From the human T2T-CHM13v2.0 reference genome, Homo sapiens, in NCBI RefSeq assembly GCF_009914755.1, contig NC_060932.1: a stretch of 64,000 nt of DNA. One strand, 5' to 3'. The notes beneath the pieces were generated by a model. That model made no database searches. It was not told where the DNA came from and saw nothing but the letters and a program-made list of their open reading frames with translations. Shown here one piece after another: positions 27,837-40,392 of this stretch (within the stretch, counting starts at the first letter, position 1; each line of letters starts with the position of its first letter). A program made the translations under genes and the position numbers.

Positions 27837-28824
27837 AGCTCTCTCTTTTTTAACTTCTTGCACTTATGACCAATGACCATCTGATAGAATCCCAATTTAG
27901 TTGTTTAATTGCTGAGTCTCACTATAAGAACATGAGCTCCAGCACCACAGACACCAAATCTGTCACTGCTGTGGCTCCGCAGCAGGGTTTGGCACATAAG
28001 AGGGGCTCTGTAACCATGTGTGGGCTGGAGGACTGGATGTCGGTGCCCCTCAGGGGCTGCTTCTGCCTTGCCAGGGGTCCACTGTGCTAGCAGCACCCCA
28101 TGAGGCTGAGGGTTCCCTCAGTCCCCTGAGCTGGAGTCCCGTCTCTTTGGGTGGCCAACATCCCTGGAGAGCAACTGAGACCCTGCAGCCAGCCTGGCCA
28201 CACTCAGGCTGCACAACAGTTTGTAAAATGGATTACTGTCTCTATGTGAGTTTTCTCTGATTAAGGAGGTGAAGTGTAGGTGGAATTGATTGGGTGGTTG
28301 AGAGATTATTAATGGATTTTTGTTGTATTATAGGATTTGTTAATTGTTTTTGCATTACTTTTTAGAGTTTAAAAAGGCTAATAAAATGAAATGAAAAGGT
28401 ACTGTATATTCACTGAAAAGAAAAGACAAAAACCGAACAGTAAAATCTGAAGAAAAATCTTTGTAATCCCACAACCCACAGGCAACCGTCTCTGGCTTGT
28501 TATCAATCAGTTTTCTGTGCAGTATGAATTGTGGTTGAGATCATACCCCACACTCAGTTTTAAATCATGCTCTTTTCCCCTGAAAATTAGGCGATGAGCA
28601 TTTTCCATGTCATTAACGACTAATAACAGTTACCACTTGTGCCGTGCTTACAGGGTGGGAGGCACTGGGCCAAGCACTCTGTCCAATTGACTCTTAATTT
28701 TCACAACTGCTGCATGCAGTATGGCAAGAAGTGGTGGGCCTTGGAGCCGGGCAACTTGGGTGCCAGTTCTGGCTCTGTCGCCCCTGAGCTGTGTGACTTT
28801 TGGTATGATGGCTGTGCTCTCCAT

Positions 28825-29471
28825 CATGACAAAAACTAGCCCTATCTCGATTATGTTTCAAATTTTCCCATCAACAAACACGAGTATCCTCCTATCTATC
28901 ACAATCCTATCCATTATAGTGGGCGGTTGAGGAGGACTTAACCAAATACAACTGCATAAAATCCTAGCCTACTCCTCAGTCACTCACACAGGTTGAACAA
29001 TAGCAGTACTAATCTATAACCCAAACATTACCATTCTAAACCTGACTATTTACTTTATCTTAACAACAACCGCATTTCTAGCATTCAACCTGACTATAAG
29101 CACCACAACGCTGTTGCTGTCTCACACCTGAAACAAATTAGCATGGTTGACACCTATAATTCCACGAATTCTACTATCCCTAGAAGGTTTACCTCCATTA
29201 ACAGGGTTCCTGCCTAAATGAATCATCATCCAAGAATTTACAAAAATCAATAGCCTTTTTACCCCGACCATTATAGCTCTCATAACCCTACTCAACCTGT
29301 ACTTTTACATACACCTAATTTACTCCATCCCAGGGACAATATTCCCCACATCTAATAATATGAAAATAAAATGAAAATTCAAAAACACTAAACCCAGATT
29401 AGTCTTCCCCCCACTTATCATCTCTTCTACACTCCTCTTACCCATCTCTCCATTAATACTAACTATAACTT
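28825..29471 (+). pseudogene. MT-ND2: ND2 pseudogene (3' part) in NUMT
   Basis: CATGACAAAAACTAGCCC...GGTTGAGGAGGACTTAACCAAA...AAAATCCTAGCCTACTCCTCA (WQKLAP / GWGGLNQ / KILAYSS in the mitochondrial code). Confidence 0.93.
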
Positions 29472-29539
29472 AGAAATTTAGGTTAAATAAGACCAAGGGC
29501 CTTCTAAGCCCTTAGTAAGTAAATTACACTTAATTTCTG
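29472..29539 (+). pseudogene. MT-TW: mt-tRNA-Trp pseudogene (anticodon mutated TCA to TCT)
   Basis: AGAAATTTAGGTTAAA...AGGGC CTTCTAA GCCCT...TAATTTCTG. Confidence 0.9.
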
Positions 29540-29548
29540 TAACAGACC

Positions 29549-29617
29549 TAAGGAGTGCAAGACTCTATTCTGCATCAATTGAACACAAATCCGCCACTTT
29601 AATTAAGCTAAGCCCTT
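29549..29617 (-). pseudogene. MT-TA: mt-tRNA-Ala pseudogene
   Basis: TAAGGAGTGCAAG...CACTTTAATTAAGCTAAGCCCTT at the expected WANCY position. Confidence 0.88.
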
Positions 29618-29618
29618 G

Positions 29619-29691
29619 CTAGATTCGCAGAATTCAAACCCATGAAAATTTAGTTAACAGCTAAACACCCTAATCAACTGGCTTCAATCTA
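29619..29691 (-). pseudogene. MT-TN: mt-tRNA-Asn pseudogene
   Basis: CTAGA...TTAGTTAACAGCTAA...CAACTGGCTTCAATCTA. Confidence 0.9.
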
Positions 29692-29718
29692 CTTGATTGG
29701 CTTCTCTACTGGCGGGAG

Positions 29719-29785
29719 AAGCCCCAGTAGGATTGAAGCTGCCCCTTTGAATTTGCAATTCAACATGAAAAATCACCTTGGGGCT
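29719..29785 (-). pseudogene. MT-TC: mt-tRNA-Cys pseudogene
   Basis: AAGCCCC...TTGAAGCTGC...GAATTTGCAATTC...ATCACCTTGGGGCT. Confidence 0.9.
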
Positions 29786-29850
29786 GGTAAAAAGAGGCCT
29801 TGACCTCTGTCTTCAGATTTACAGTCTAAGGCTTATTCAGTCATTTTACC
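29785..29850 (-). pseudogene. MT-TY: mt-tRNA-Tyr pseudogene
   Basis: TGGTAAAAAGAGG...AGATTTACAGTCTA...CATTTTACC. Confidence 0.9.
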
Positions 29851-29862
29851 TTTTTCCCACTT

Positions 29863-30666
29863 ATGTTCATCAATTGCTGATTGTTTTCAACTAACCACAA
29901 AGATATCGGAACACTATACCTGCTATTCGGCGCATTAACAGGGAGAGTAGGCACTGCGTTAAGCCTTCTAATTCGAGCAGAATTAGGCCAATCAGGAACT
30001 CTGCTAGAAGATGATCAGATCTACAATATTTTTGTTACCACCCACGCATATGTCATAATCTTCTTTATGGTAATACCAATCATAATTGGGGGTTTCGGCA
30101 ACTAGCTAGTCCCTCTAATAATTGGTGCACCCGATATGGCATTCCCCCGGATAAATTATATGAGCTTCTGACTTCTCCCCCCATCTTTTCTACTTCTACT
30201 TGCATCTTCAATAGTAGAAGCTGGCGCTGGAACCGGCTGGACAGTTTATCCCCCTTTAGCAGGAAACCTAGCACCTGCAGGAGCCTCTGTGGATCTGAGC
30301 ATCTTCTTGCTCCACTTGGCAGGTTTCTCTTCCATTTTAGGGGCCCTTAACTTTATTACCACAACTGTTATCATAAAACCCCCAGTTATATCCCGGTATC
30401 AAACACCGCTTTTCGTCTGACCAGTCCTCATTACAGCAGTCCTTCTACTCCTTTCCCTCCCAGTCCTAGCCGCCGGCATTACTATACTATTAGCGACTGT
30501 AACGTCAACGCTACTTTTTTTGACCCTGCTGGCAGGGGTGACCCCATCTTGTACCAACATTTATTCTGATTCTTTGGTCACCCTGAAGTCTATATCCTAA
30601 TCCTACCAGGCTTCGGGTAATCTCCCACATCGTAAAGTATTATCCTGGAAAAAAGGAACCATCTGG
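29863..30666 (+). pseudogene. MT-CO1: COX1 pseudogene (5' half) in NUMT
   Basis: [17 protein letters not shown]...[14 protein letters not shown]...DDQIYN...IGGFGN, in-frame TAG at 30103-30105, ends at GGAAAAAAGGAACCATCTGG. Confidence 0.96.
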
Positions 30667-30674
30667 GTTCCTTT

Positions 30675-33411
30675 TTGGCTGTGTTAGTTTCCTGCGGCAA
30701 CTGGAACAAATTACCAGATGCTGTGTGGCTTAAAACAACACGCATTTAGACCATGCTATAGCACTCCAGCCTGGGTGACAAGAGCCAAACTCCATCTCAA
30801 AAAAAAAAAAAAAAACAAAAAAAACGAGAAAGGTGAGACCTTTAAGAGATGATAGGAGCCCCTCTCCCTCTCCCTCTCCCTCTCCCTCTCCCTCTCCCTC
30901 CCCTCCCTCTCCCTCTCTTTCCACGGTCTCCCTCTCCCTCTGCCTCTCTTTCCACGGTCTCCCTCTCATGCCGAGCCGAAGCTGGACTGTGCTGCTGCCA
31001 TCTCGGCTCACTGCAACCTCCCTGCCTGATTCTCCTGCCTCAGCCTGCCGAGTGCCTGCGATTGCAGGCACGCGCCGCCACGCCTGACGGGTTTTCGTAT
31101 TTTTTTGGTGGAGATGGGGTTTCGCTGTGTTGGCCGGGCTGGTCTCCAGCTCCTGACCGCAAGTGATCCGCCAGCCTCGGCCTCCCGAGGTGCCGGGATT
31201 GCAGACGGAGTCTCGTTAACTCAGTGCTCAATGGTGCCCAGGCTGGAGTGCAGTGGCGTGATCTCGGCTACAACCTCCACCTCCCAGCCGCCTGCCTTGG
31301 CCCCCCCAGAGTGCCGAGATTGCAGCCTCTGCCCGGCCGCTACCCCATCTGTGAAGTGAGGTGCGTCTCTGCCTGGCCGCGCATCGTCTGGGATGTGAGG
31401 AGCCCCTCTGCCTGGCTGCCCAGTCTGGAGAGTGAGGAGCGTCTCTGCCCCACCGCCATCCCACCTAGGAGGTGAGGAGCGCCTCTTCCCGGCCACCATC
31501 CCATCTAGGAAGTGGGGAGCGTCTCTGCCCGGCCGCCCATCGTCTGAGATGTGGGGAGCGCCTCTGCCCCGCCGCCCCGTCTGGGATGTGAGGAGCGCCT
31601 CGGCCCGGCCGCGACCCCGTCTGGGAGGTGAGGAGCGTCTCTGCCCGGCCGCCCCGTCTGAGAAGTGAGGAGACCCTCCACCTGGCAACTGCCCCATCTG
31701 AGAAGTGAGGAGCCCCTCCGCCCGGCTGCCACCCCGTCTGGGAAGTGAGGAGCGTCTCCGCCCGGCAGCCACCCCGTCCGGAAGGGAGGTGGGGGTCAAC
31801 CCCCGCCAGGCCAGCCGCCCCGTCCGGGAGGGAGGTGGGGGGTCAGCCCCCCACCCGGCCAGCCGCCCCGTCCGGGAGGGAGGTGGGGGGGTCAGCCCCC
31901 CGCCCGGCCAGCCACCCCGTCCGGGAGGTGAGGGGCGCCTCTGCCCGGCCACCCCTACTGGGAAGTGAGGAGCCCCTCTGCCCGGCCAGCCGCCCCGTCC
32001 GGGAGGGAGGTGGGGGGGTCAGCCCCCCGCCCGGCCAGCCGCCCTGTCCGGGAGGGAGGTGGGGGGGTCAGCCCCCTGCCTGGCCAGCCGCCCCGTCTGG
32101 GAGGGAGGTGGGGGGGTCAGCCCCCCGCCCAGCCAGCCGCCCTGTCTGGGAGGTGAGGGGCGCCTCTGCCCGGCCGCCCCTACTGGGAAGTGAGGAGCCC
32201 CTCTGCCCGGCCAGCCGCCCCATCCGGGAGGGAGGTGAGGGGGTCAGCCCCCCGCCCAGCCAGCCGCCCTGTCTGGGAGGTGAGGGGCGCCTCTGCCCGG
32301 CCGCCCCTACTGGGAAGTGAGGAGCCCCTCTGCCCGGCCAGCCGCCCCGTCCAGGAGGGAGGTGGGGGGGTCAGCCCCCCGCCCGGCCAGCCGCCCCGTC
32401 CAGGAGGGAGGTGGGGGGGTCAGCCCCCCGCCAGGCGAGACGCCTCGTCCGGGAGGGAGGTGGGGGGTCAGCCCCCTGCCCGGCCAGCCGCCCCGTCCGG
32501 GAGGTGAGGGGCGCCTCTGCCCAGCTGCCCCTACTGGGAAGTGAGGAGCCACTCTGCCCGGCCACCACCCCGTCTGGGAGGTGTACCCAACAGCTCATTG
32601 AGAACGGGCCATGATGACAATGGCGGTTTTGTGGAATAGAAAAGGGGGAAAGGTGGGGAAAAGATTGAGAAATCGGATGGTTGCTGTGTCTGTGTAGAAA
32701 GAAGTAGACATGGGAGACTTTTCATTTCGTTCTGTACTAAGAAAAATTCTTCTGCCTTGGGATCCTGTTGATCTATGACCTTACCCCCAACCCTGTGCTC
32801 TCTGAAACATGTGCTGTGTCCACTCAGGGTTAAATGGATTAAGGGCAGTGCAAGATGTGCTTTGTTAAACAGATGCTTGAAGGCAGCATGCTCGTTAAGA
32901 GTCATCACCACTCCCTAATCTCAAGTACCCAGGGACACACACACTCTGCCTAGGAAAACCAGAGACCTTTGTTCACTTGTTTATCTGCTGACCTTCCCTC
33001 CACTATTGTCCTATGACCCTGCCAAATCCCCCTCTGCGAGAAACACCCAAGAATGATCAATAAAAATAAATAAATAAAAACAAAAACAAACAAACAAAAA
33101 AACAACACGCATTTATTCTCTCACTGTTCCGGGGGCCAGAATCTGGAATTAGGGTGTTGGCTCAGCCATCCACCTCTGAAGACTCTGCAGGAGAATGCTT
33201 CCTTGTCTTTTCTTAGCTTCTGGTGTTGCTGGTAATGCTTGGTCTTCCTTGGCTTGTAGATGCACCACACCTCTCTTCTGCCTCTGTCTTCACATGGCTT
33301 TTATATAAAGACATCAGTCATTGGATATAGGGACTGCCCTAAGCCAGTATGGCCTCATTCTGAGGCTCCAGCTGGACATGACTTTTTGGGGATCACTATT
33401 CAATCCAGTAG
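30675..33411 (-). mobile_element. MLT1-type LTR interrupted by the SVA
   Basis: TGTGTTAGTTTCCTG...GGCTTAAAACAACACGCATTTA | TTCTCTCACTGTTC...CACTATTCAATCCAG reads continuously once the SVA is removed. Confidence 0.8.
30749..33098 (+). mobile_element. Full-length SVA (SVA_D-like) with a 5' extension
   Basis: CCCTCT hexamers from about 30859, antisense Alu-like domain, GC-rich VNTR (about 31330-32580), SINE-R, AATAAA 33059-33064, A tail; 17-bp TSD AAAACAACACGCATTTA (30732-30748 / 33099-33115). Confidence 0.97.
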
Positions 33412-34028
33412 AGGGTGTAACCCCCCTGCAGCTCACGTTTCTCATATGTTGGATGCAGAGACTAGTGTCTGTCTTACAAGGTTAGTGCAAATGATTACAT
33501 GAGGATAAAGATGTGTATCTATGGCTGAGAACCGTGACTAGTGCATTGCAACTTCCAGGGCAGGGTTTGCTGTGACCATGAGGCAGTTTTACAATCATCT
33601 CCATCGGTCCACTGAGGAAGTTGTGTCTCAGTTAAAAGTTGCTCAGAGCCCTCGCCCCAGGATGGCAGAGCGGGCACACATTGGAGCTACTGGAGAAATT
33701 TCTTGGAGGTGTTCCCTTTTTAGGAGATAGTATCAGTAAGCGATCAAGAGAAGAGACTTCCATGCCAGCCAGGGCTGAGGACAACTCCCAGCTTTAGTCA
33801 CCAGCTGTGTGGCCTTGGGTGAGTCCCTCAGACTCTCTGAGGCCCCTTCCCTCAGCTGTGACTTGGGACAAACCATACCTATCTCACAGGGCTATTGTGA
33901 GGCCAACGCAAATCTGCAGGGGATTCTCAGCTCAAGAGGAAGAACACAGCAATTCGCAAATGGCAGCTGTTATTAGTTTACATTTAAATCTAGTTTTGCT
34001 GATTTGACATGTTCACTTGTTAGTTTTA

Positions 34029-34462
<434 letters not shown>

Positions 34463-34606
34463 TTACCATCCAGAAATAAAACCTCCTAACTACCCTTCTA
34501 GTATTGCATATATGCAGCTATGTAAAGAAATACGCACATATAGAAAACATACATCTTAGTGGGACATTTGTGAGCTGTCTTTTATTTTAGCTATATGTAA
34601 TGAGCA

Positions 34607-34608
<2 letters not shown>

Positions 34609-34637
<29 letters not shown>
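34609..34637. repeat. (TG)n microsatellite
   Basis: About 14 perfect GT units. Confidence 0.9.
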
Positions 34638-34641
<4 letters not shown>

Positions 34642-35389
34642 TAAATTGTCATAGCTATACCACATTGTTTCAAGGCCTGTGTTGAACCACAGCCTTATTT
34701 AGACACCAAGTGGTGGTTGCCCATCTCATATTTGGTTCATTTCCATGATGCGTCTGTTTCCATGTTACTGACATGGGTTTGTGGTGCAGTGATGGGGCTA
34801 CTTCTGTGTCTAGCCCAGTGGCCACAAAAGAAAATGGGAATGTCACTGAGGACGCACTTGTTATGGTTCACAAAGCATCTCCACAGCCTCTTCCCAGTGT
34901 GCCCTTGCTGTTTGAATGCGGGGCTCCCTTTTGTAGGTCAGGGACTGAGTATTTCCAGAGGCCAAGAAAAAAATGGCAATGTCAGAACCTGAATGCAGGA
35001 CCTGTCTTAGCAGGGTCTCTGTTCTGCCTGGGGCGGGGACTGAATGTCAAGGGCCTCTGTCTGCTCACCCTTCACCGTGGCCCCCTCTCCTGCTTCTTCC
35101 ACCACCCAGAGGAATAAACAGATGACTCTCCCTGTGCCTTTGGGGTCCCAAGGCCTTCCACCACTGGGGACTTGAGTATTTGGAGGAACCCTGGAGAAGG
35201 ATTCCTTCTCCAGAAATGTCCTCTCTGTGCACACTTCTATGACAACAGCTCTTCCACTGTCTGCTTCCTTCCTTAGCCTCTGAGCCTCTTGGGCAGGGAC
35301 TTTTGTTTTCTTCAATCCAAACTCTTGTATCTAACAAGGGAATTCAATAAAAATTATGCCAGTTGAATCAAGCCAATGAAGAGAGATGA

Positions 35390-35762
<373 letters not shown>

Positions 35763-36494
35763 TGGCTACCGTATATTAAAGATTTCTTATGCTTTTGTGA
35801 CATTATACAGATTACAGAGGGCTTTGCTCACATCCACTGTCTTGTAAGGTAGGCTGAGTTTAGATGATAATGATTTGGTTTCACAATTAGAATGATTTTT
35901 TACTTCTTGCATTCACTTTTCTTCTGGATCCTATACATTTCTGGTGACACCCTCAACAGCATTGTGAATTCTTATTTTTAAATATTAATATAATGGGAGT
36001 AAATTGGTATTTCTTTCCATTAATTGATTTTTAGCAAGTTTGAACATTTTTGGAAAGTGTTCATTTCTGTTCTTCACTCATTCACATCTTGAGGTCTCAA
36101 TATATTATTTTTTTATCAATTTACATGGGCACAGTCATAGTTGTGACAATTTTTCTCCAGACACTTTTTTTGAAATCAATTTGTAGTTAAGTGCTTATTT
36201 TCATGAGAGTTTAGCCTTTTAAGTCATATTTCTTGATTTTTTTCATTTCAGACTCCTCAAACAACTTTAAAGTTTAGAAAGCCATTCGTGTTAAAGATAC
36301 TTGATAAGAAGAAAATCTAGTTTAGTATAGGTTTTTATGTTTTAATGTGTCATAATTTACTGTTTTAATCTACCTGGAGGCTATTTTGATGCTAGCTATA
36401 AAGTGAATTATGAAGACTTGAAGCTACCTTTTCCTTCCCCAAATTAAAAATTAAAAGCAGTCTTTCAATTTCTACCTATTGGTTTATCTTTGCC

Positions 36495-36498
<4 letters not shown>

Positions 36499-36535
<37 letters not shown>
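36499..36535. repeat. (CA)n microsatellite
   Basis: About 18 perfect AC units. Confidence 0.9.
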
Positions 36536-36536
<1 letters not shown>

Positions 36537-36814
36537 TATTCTAAGTCATCTTCAGGTATTAAATGTAATAAATAAATAAATAAATATCTAGGTATCTATT
36601 TCTACTGATAGTTGATGTTGCACGTAAGACCATTGAGACACAGAGAGGCAAATTAATTTTCATGGACTCACCCAGTGAGTTACTGGAACATCTACGAGGA
36701 AAACCCATTTCTGTGGATTCTTAACTCAATGCTGTTTCATTGATTTCATCCATTCTCTCAAAAGAGGTTACAACTAACGTCACTTGTTTCCACACTCTGT
36801 CTTTCCAATTAGAC

Positions 36815-37132
36815 CTACATTGTCTAATACCATAACCACCAACATGTGGCTGTTGAGAGTTTGAAATATGGCTAGTTCAAATTCAGATAGGCTGCAAGTA
36901 TCAAATGCGCACTGATTTTTGAAGACTTGATGTGGGAGAAAAAGAACACAAAATGCAAAATTAATAGCTTTTGTAGTAATTACGCATTGAAATGATAACA
37001 TTGGATTAATGGATCAAATAAAATTTGTAATTAAATTTAATTTCAACCATTTCTTTTTACATTTTAATATAACTCCCCCCAAATCAAAAATTACATATAT
37101 GGCTTGTATTATGTCTCTATTGGACAGTGCTG
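36815..37132. mobile_element. MER33-like hAT MITE
   Basis: ACATGTGGCTGTTGAG...GAAATATGGCTAGT...CTATTGGACAGTGCTG. Confidence 0.75.
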
Positions 37133-37667
37133 AAAACCAGATTAACTTTAAATAGGCATTGTAATTTTTTTGTTTTTATTCTTTTTTTTCTCGCCACTTT
37201 ATCTTAGTAATTAGCACAGTTTCTAGTGTATAATAAATATTTATATTTATTATACCCACCGAATATTTGTCAAATGAATGAGTGTGTGAATAAGGGAATG
37301 ACACAACTACAACCCCATCCGCTTGTGAAAGGACATGATTCTCAAAAGTCATGATGGTGGTTTTCTCTCCAAGTTTAAAGGGGTTGGCTAGGCCACATGA
37401 TCATAATCAAAAGGGTCCCTTAGTCACTAGGGATCCACAGGGAGCAATCTAGGATGGCCCATGAACTCCGGCCATGGAGGCAGCTTGTTTGAGAGCCCCT
37501 TATGCCATGATTCTAATCACACTTGGCGGATCTTAAGTTCCTACTCACACAATGTTATTTGCTCTATCGCACTCTTTCTCTTTCAGTTATCACCCCGCAA
37601 TTCAGACCCCTCTTATCATGCACTTCCTCAACTTCTCTTTTAAGCAGGAAGCTGGAGGTAGCGGAGC

Positions 37668-37771
37668 CCAGGACACATGTGAGAGCAGAATGTGGTGGGA
37701 AGAGCATGCAAAGCAGAGGCCAGGATACATGTGAGAGCAGAATGTGGTGGGAGGAGTGTGCAAGGTGTAGG
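37668..37771. repeat. 52-bp tandem duplication
   Basis: CCAGGAYACATGTGAGAGCAGAATGTGGTGGGARGAG at 37668 and 37720. Confidence 0.85.
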
Positions 37772-40392
37772 GTCCCGGGGTCCGGGAAGGATGAGGTTGG
37801 CAAGAGGAGAAGCTGCAGGATCAGCAGGGCCTGTGAGTCATCTCTCTCAAGGGCACTACGATGACAATGAAAGCTTCCAGAAGGGGAATGACACATTCAA
37901 ATTACCCTTTCTGACAGCTCCCTGGGGCTGCTGCATGGAGCATGGATGGAGACACACAGGAGGCTGGTGCAATCTCATGGTGGCCTGCCAAGCAGGGTCC
38001 GTGTCCACGGAGCCAAGCAGGCAGACTAGAGAGCGTTTAGGTGCCCAGGAGGGATATGGGTTCCTGGCGTGAGAGCAGGGTGGCTGGAGGAGCTTCATAA
38101 GTATTTGCTGTCTGGATGCTTGGATGGGCGGATGCTTAGATAGTGGATAGATGGTTAGATGCTGTGCTTTCTTCAGACCTCTGTGCCTTAATACTCTGTT
38201 CACCTTGGGTGTCCTAAGTCCCTATGGTACTTGACAATTTGTCTCCAGCCTCCTTTCACTCTCTTTTTCCAAGCTCCCTCCTTTGGGTGCCCACAGCATC
38301 CTGCAGTCACCTCTAAGCTCTCCACTAACGTTGTCGCCTGACTTCTCTGTCTCCGTATACTTTAATAATGGAGGGGCCCTGGCCTTTCTTTTCTTTGTGC
38401 TCCTAGTGTCTGGCTTATAGAGGATATTCAGTTGGTGTATGTTGAATGAACGGATATGTTAAAATAATATCCAAATTCACCAGATTATAGTCTCCATGAC
38501 AGCAAGAGCCACACCTGCCTTAGGCATCATCCTGTCCTCATGTCTGCCTGTGACACACACTGGCCTTATGCAGAGGTAGAATCAGAACTTTCTTAAAGGG
38601 TAAGATATGAAAAATGTCTCAGAACAAATCTGTGCTCCTAAGAAACTGCTCTAGGACCACACTATTCTTCATTCTTGCTACATCTACTGTAAGTAACTGG
38701 GAGAGAGACCTTTTTCTATTGAGGGCTTTGGGACTTGGCACACTCACTTATGCACTTCTTCATTTTCTCATTCATTCCTTAATTTATTTATTTTTTCACC
38801 ATCTTTCAATCTCCTGTGGTCACAAAACCCCCGGTGTTGATATGCTGGTTCTGGACATCGTCCTCCATCAATCAAGCAGGGTGATGGCAGAGGTGGCGTC
38901 CAAAACTCAGGATGTCCTGAGGGTGCGTTCCTTGCCCAGATGTCATTCCAAACAACACAATCTGTCTTCATATTCCTAAAGACCTCTGCGAGAAGCAATA
39001 GTCATAGGTGCCTTAGGGGAAGAGATGTAAGCCTCCTGAGAAAGACTCCCCTCAGCCAGAGGAAGGCTGCTCTGTGAGTTGGGGTACTCTGCTCCATGGG
39101 TATAAGGAACTTCCTAGGGGCTGGCTGTGGACCTGGCTGAGCTGCTGCACAGCCATCTATCATGTAGGTCACAGGCTGGGAGAGGTGAGCTCTGATGCCC
39201 ATTCTAACGCAAAGTTTCTTGCAATGTCACTTTCCCTTAATCTACCTTTCATGTTTTTCAATTAATGTTTTAGCATCTTGAATGGAGAAGCTGTGTTTCA
39301 TAAAGCCATTGCCATGGTCCAAAATATGTTAAGTTTGAATCTTTGCTCATTAACTGTGTGACGACATGGGAGCTGCACAACCTCTCTGAGTCACCTTCCT
39401 CCTTCCTCAGTGAGGAGACCCATACCTCCCTCGTGGTTTTCTGTGTATGTGAAAACACCCAGTACTGCCTTTGGGACAGAATCCCGTTCATGGACTCCCA
39501 ACTCTGTCATTTATAGCTGAGTGACTTCGAAGAAAATAATAGAATTCACCTTTGGAATTCCATTAGTTGATATATGCAAAGCTTTTAGAACAACACCTGC
39601 CACATGTAACATATGAAGCATTATATAAATGTTAGCAATGATTATTATTTGTATGTGCCCTTCTAACACCCTGTATGTCCCAGTGAGTCCTAATTAGGGC
39701 ATCTTTGCATTGCCTATCTTCATCTGTCCAGTCCCCCATCTGCAGCAGTGCCTTCCTGCCCCATTCCCACCCCAGATCCTGGCAGAGCCCGGATCACAAC
39801 AAAAGCTTAAGTCATCCACAGAAATTACTGAAGGAAGAGGCTGCTGTCACCTGTCACTCAGCTCCACAGCACCATGTCCAGCTCAAGGACAGCTGGACTT
39901 CCCAAGAGCACTATCTGAGGAGTCCTCCCTTTGGGCCAGCACCACCACATTAGACATCTCCAGGGGGTACCAGGACTCATGCACATTGGCGTCTCCACAA
40001 ATGGGACCCAAGGGACACTGTTTTTTGGGTGAATGCTCTCCATGGGAGCTGTGGGACCTCAAGGCCCTGACTGCTGTGCCAGCCTCGTGTGCTGGGCCTC
40101 TCAGGAGCACCCAGGGATGGGCACGGGGCCTGGGTAACAAACACTTCTCTGTGAGGTGCAAGGGATTCCTGTGAAGCTGCAACTAACCATGTAAACTGAG
40201 TCTGTGTTGTTGATAAAATATTTCAGGGAGATGTGAAGTACTAGTGGCCACAGATCATTTCTGACTTCGCAGCTGGGGAGAGGTTGGTGTTAGGGCAGAT
40301 GAGAAAGAGAATGCTGGGGGAGTGTCGGGAATTCCAATTAGTTCTGTGCTCAGGGCTGACCCTGTTTTCAAATACTTGACCCAAGGCATGTT

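Larger units (their letters stand above)
28825..30666 (+). pseudogene. NUMT: nuclear copy of mtDNA from mid-ND2 through the WANCY tRNAs to mid-COX1 (about 1.84 kb)
   Basis: Collinear with vertebrate mtDNA gene order; clearly diverged from modern human mtDNA; stops and frameshifts present. Confidence 0.97.

Noticed and set aside
29472-29539. tRNA-Trp copy with a TCT anticodon as a recoded functional tRNA
   Set aside because: This is a single substitution in a decaying NUMT, with no evidence of expression.
29881-30105. COX1-like ORF as a real CDS, or the window as mitochondrial DNA
   Set aside because: It has an in-frame TAG and frameshifts, is truncated, and is embedded among nuclear repeats, so it is a NUMT.
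30730-32911. Pro/Gly/Arg-rich ORFs up to 243 aa
   Set aside because: These are translations of the GC-rich SVA hexamer, Alu-like and VNTR domains.
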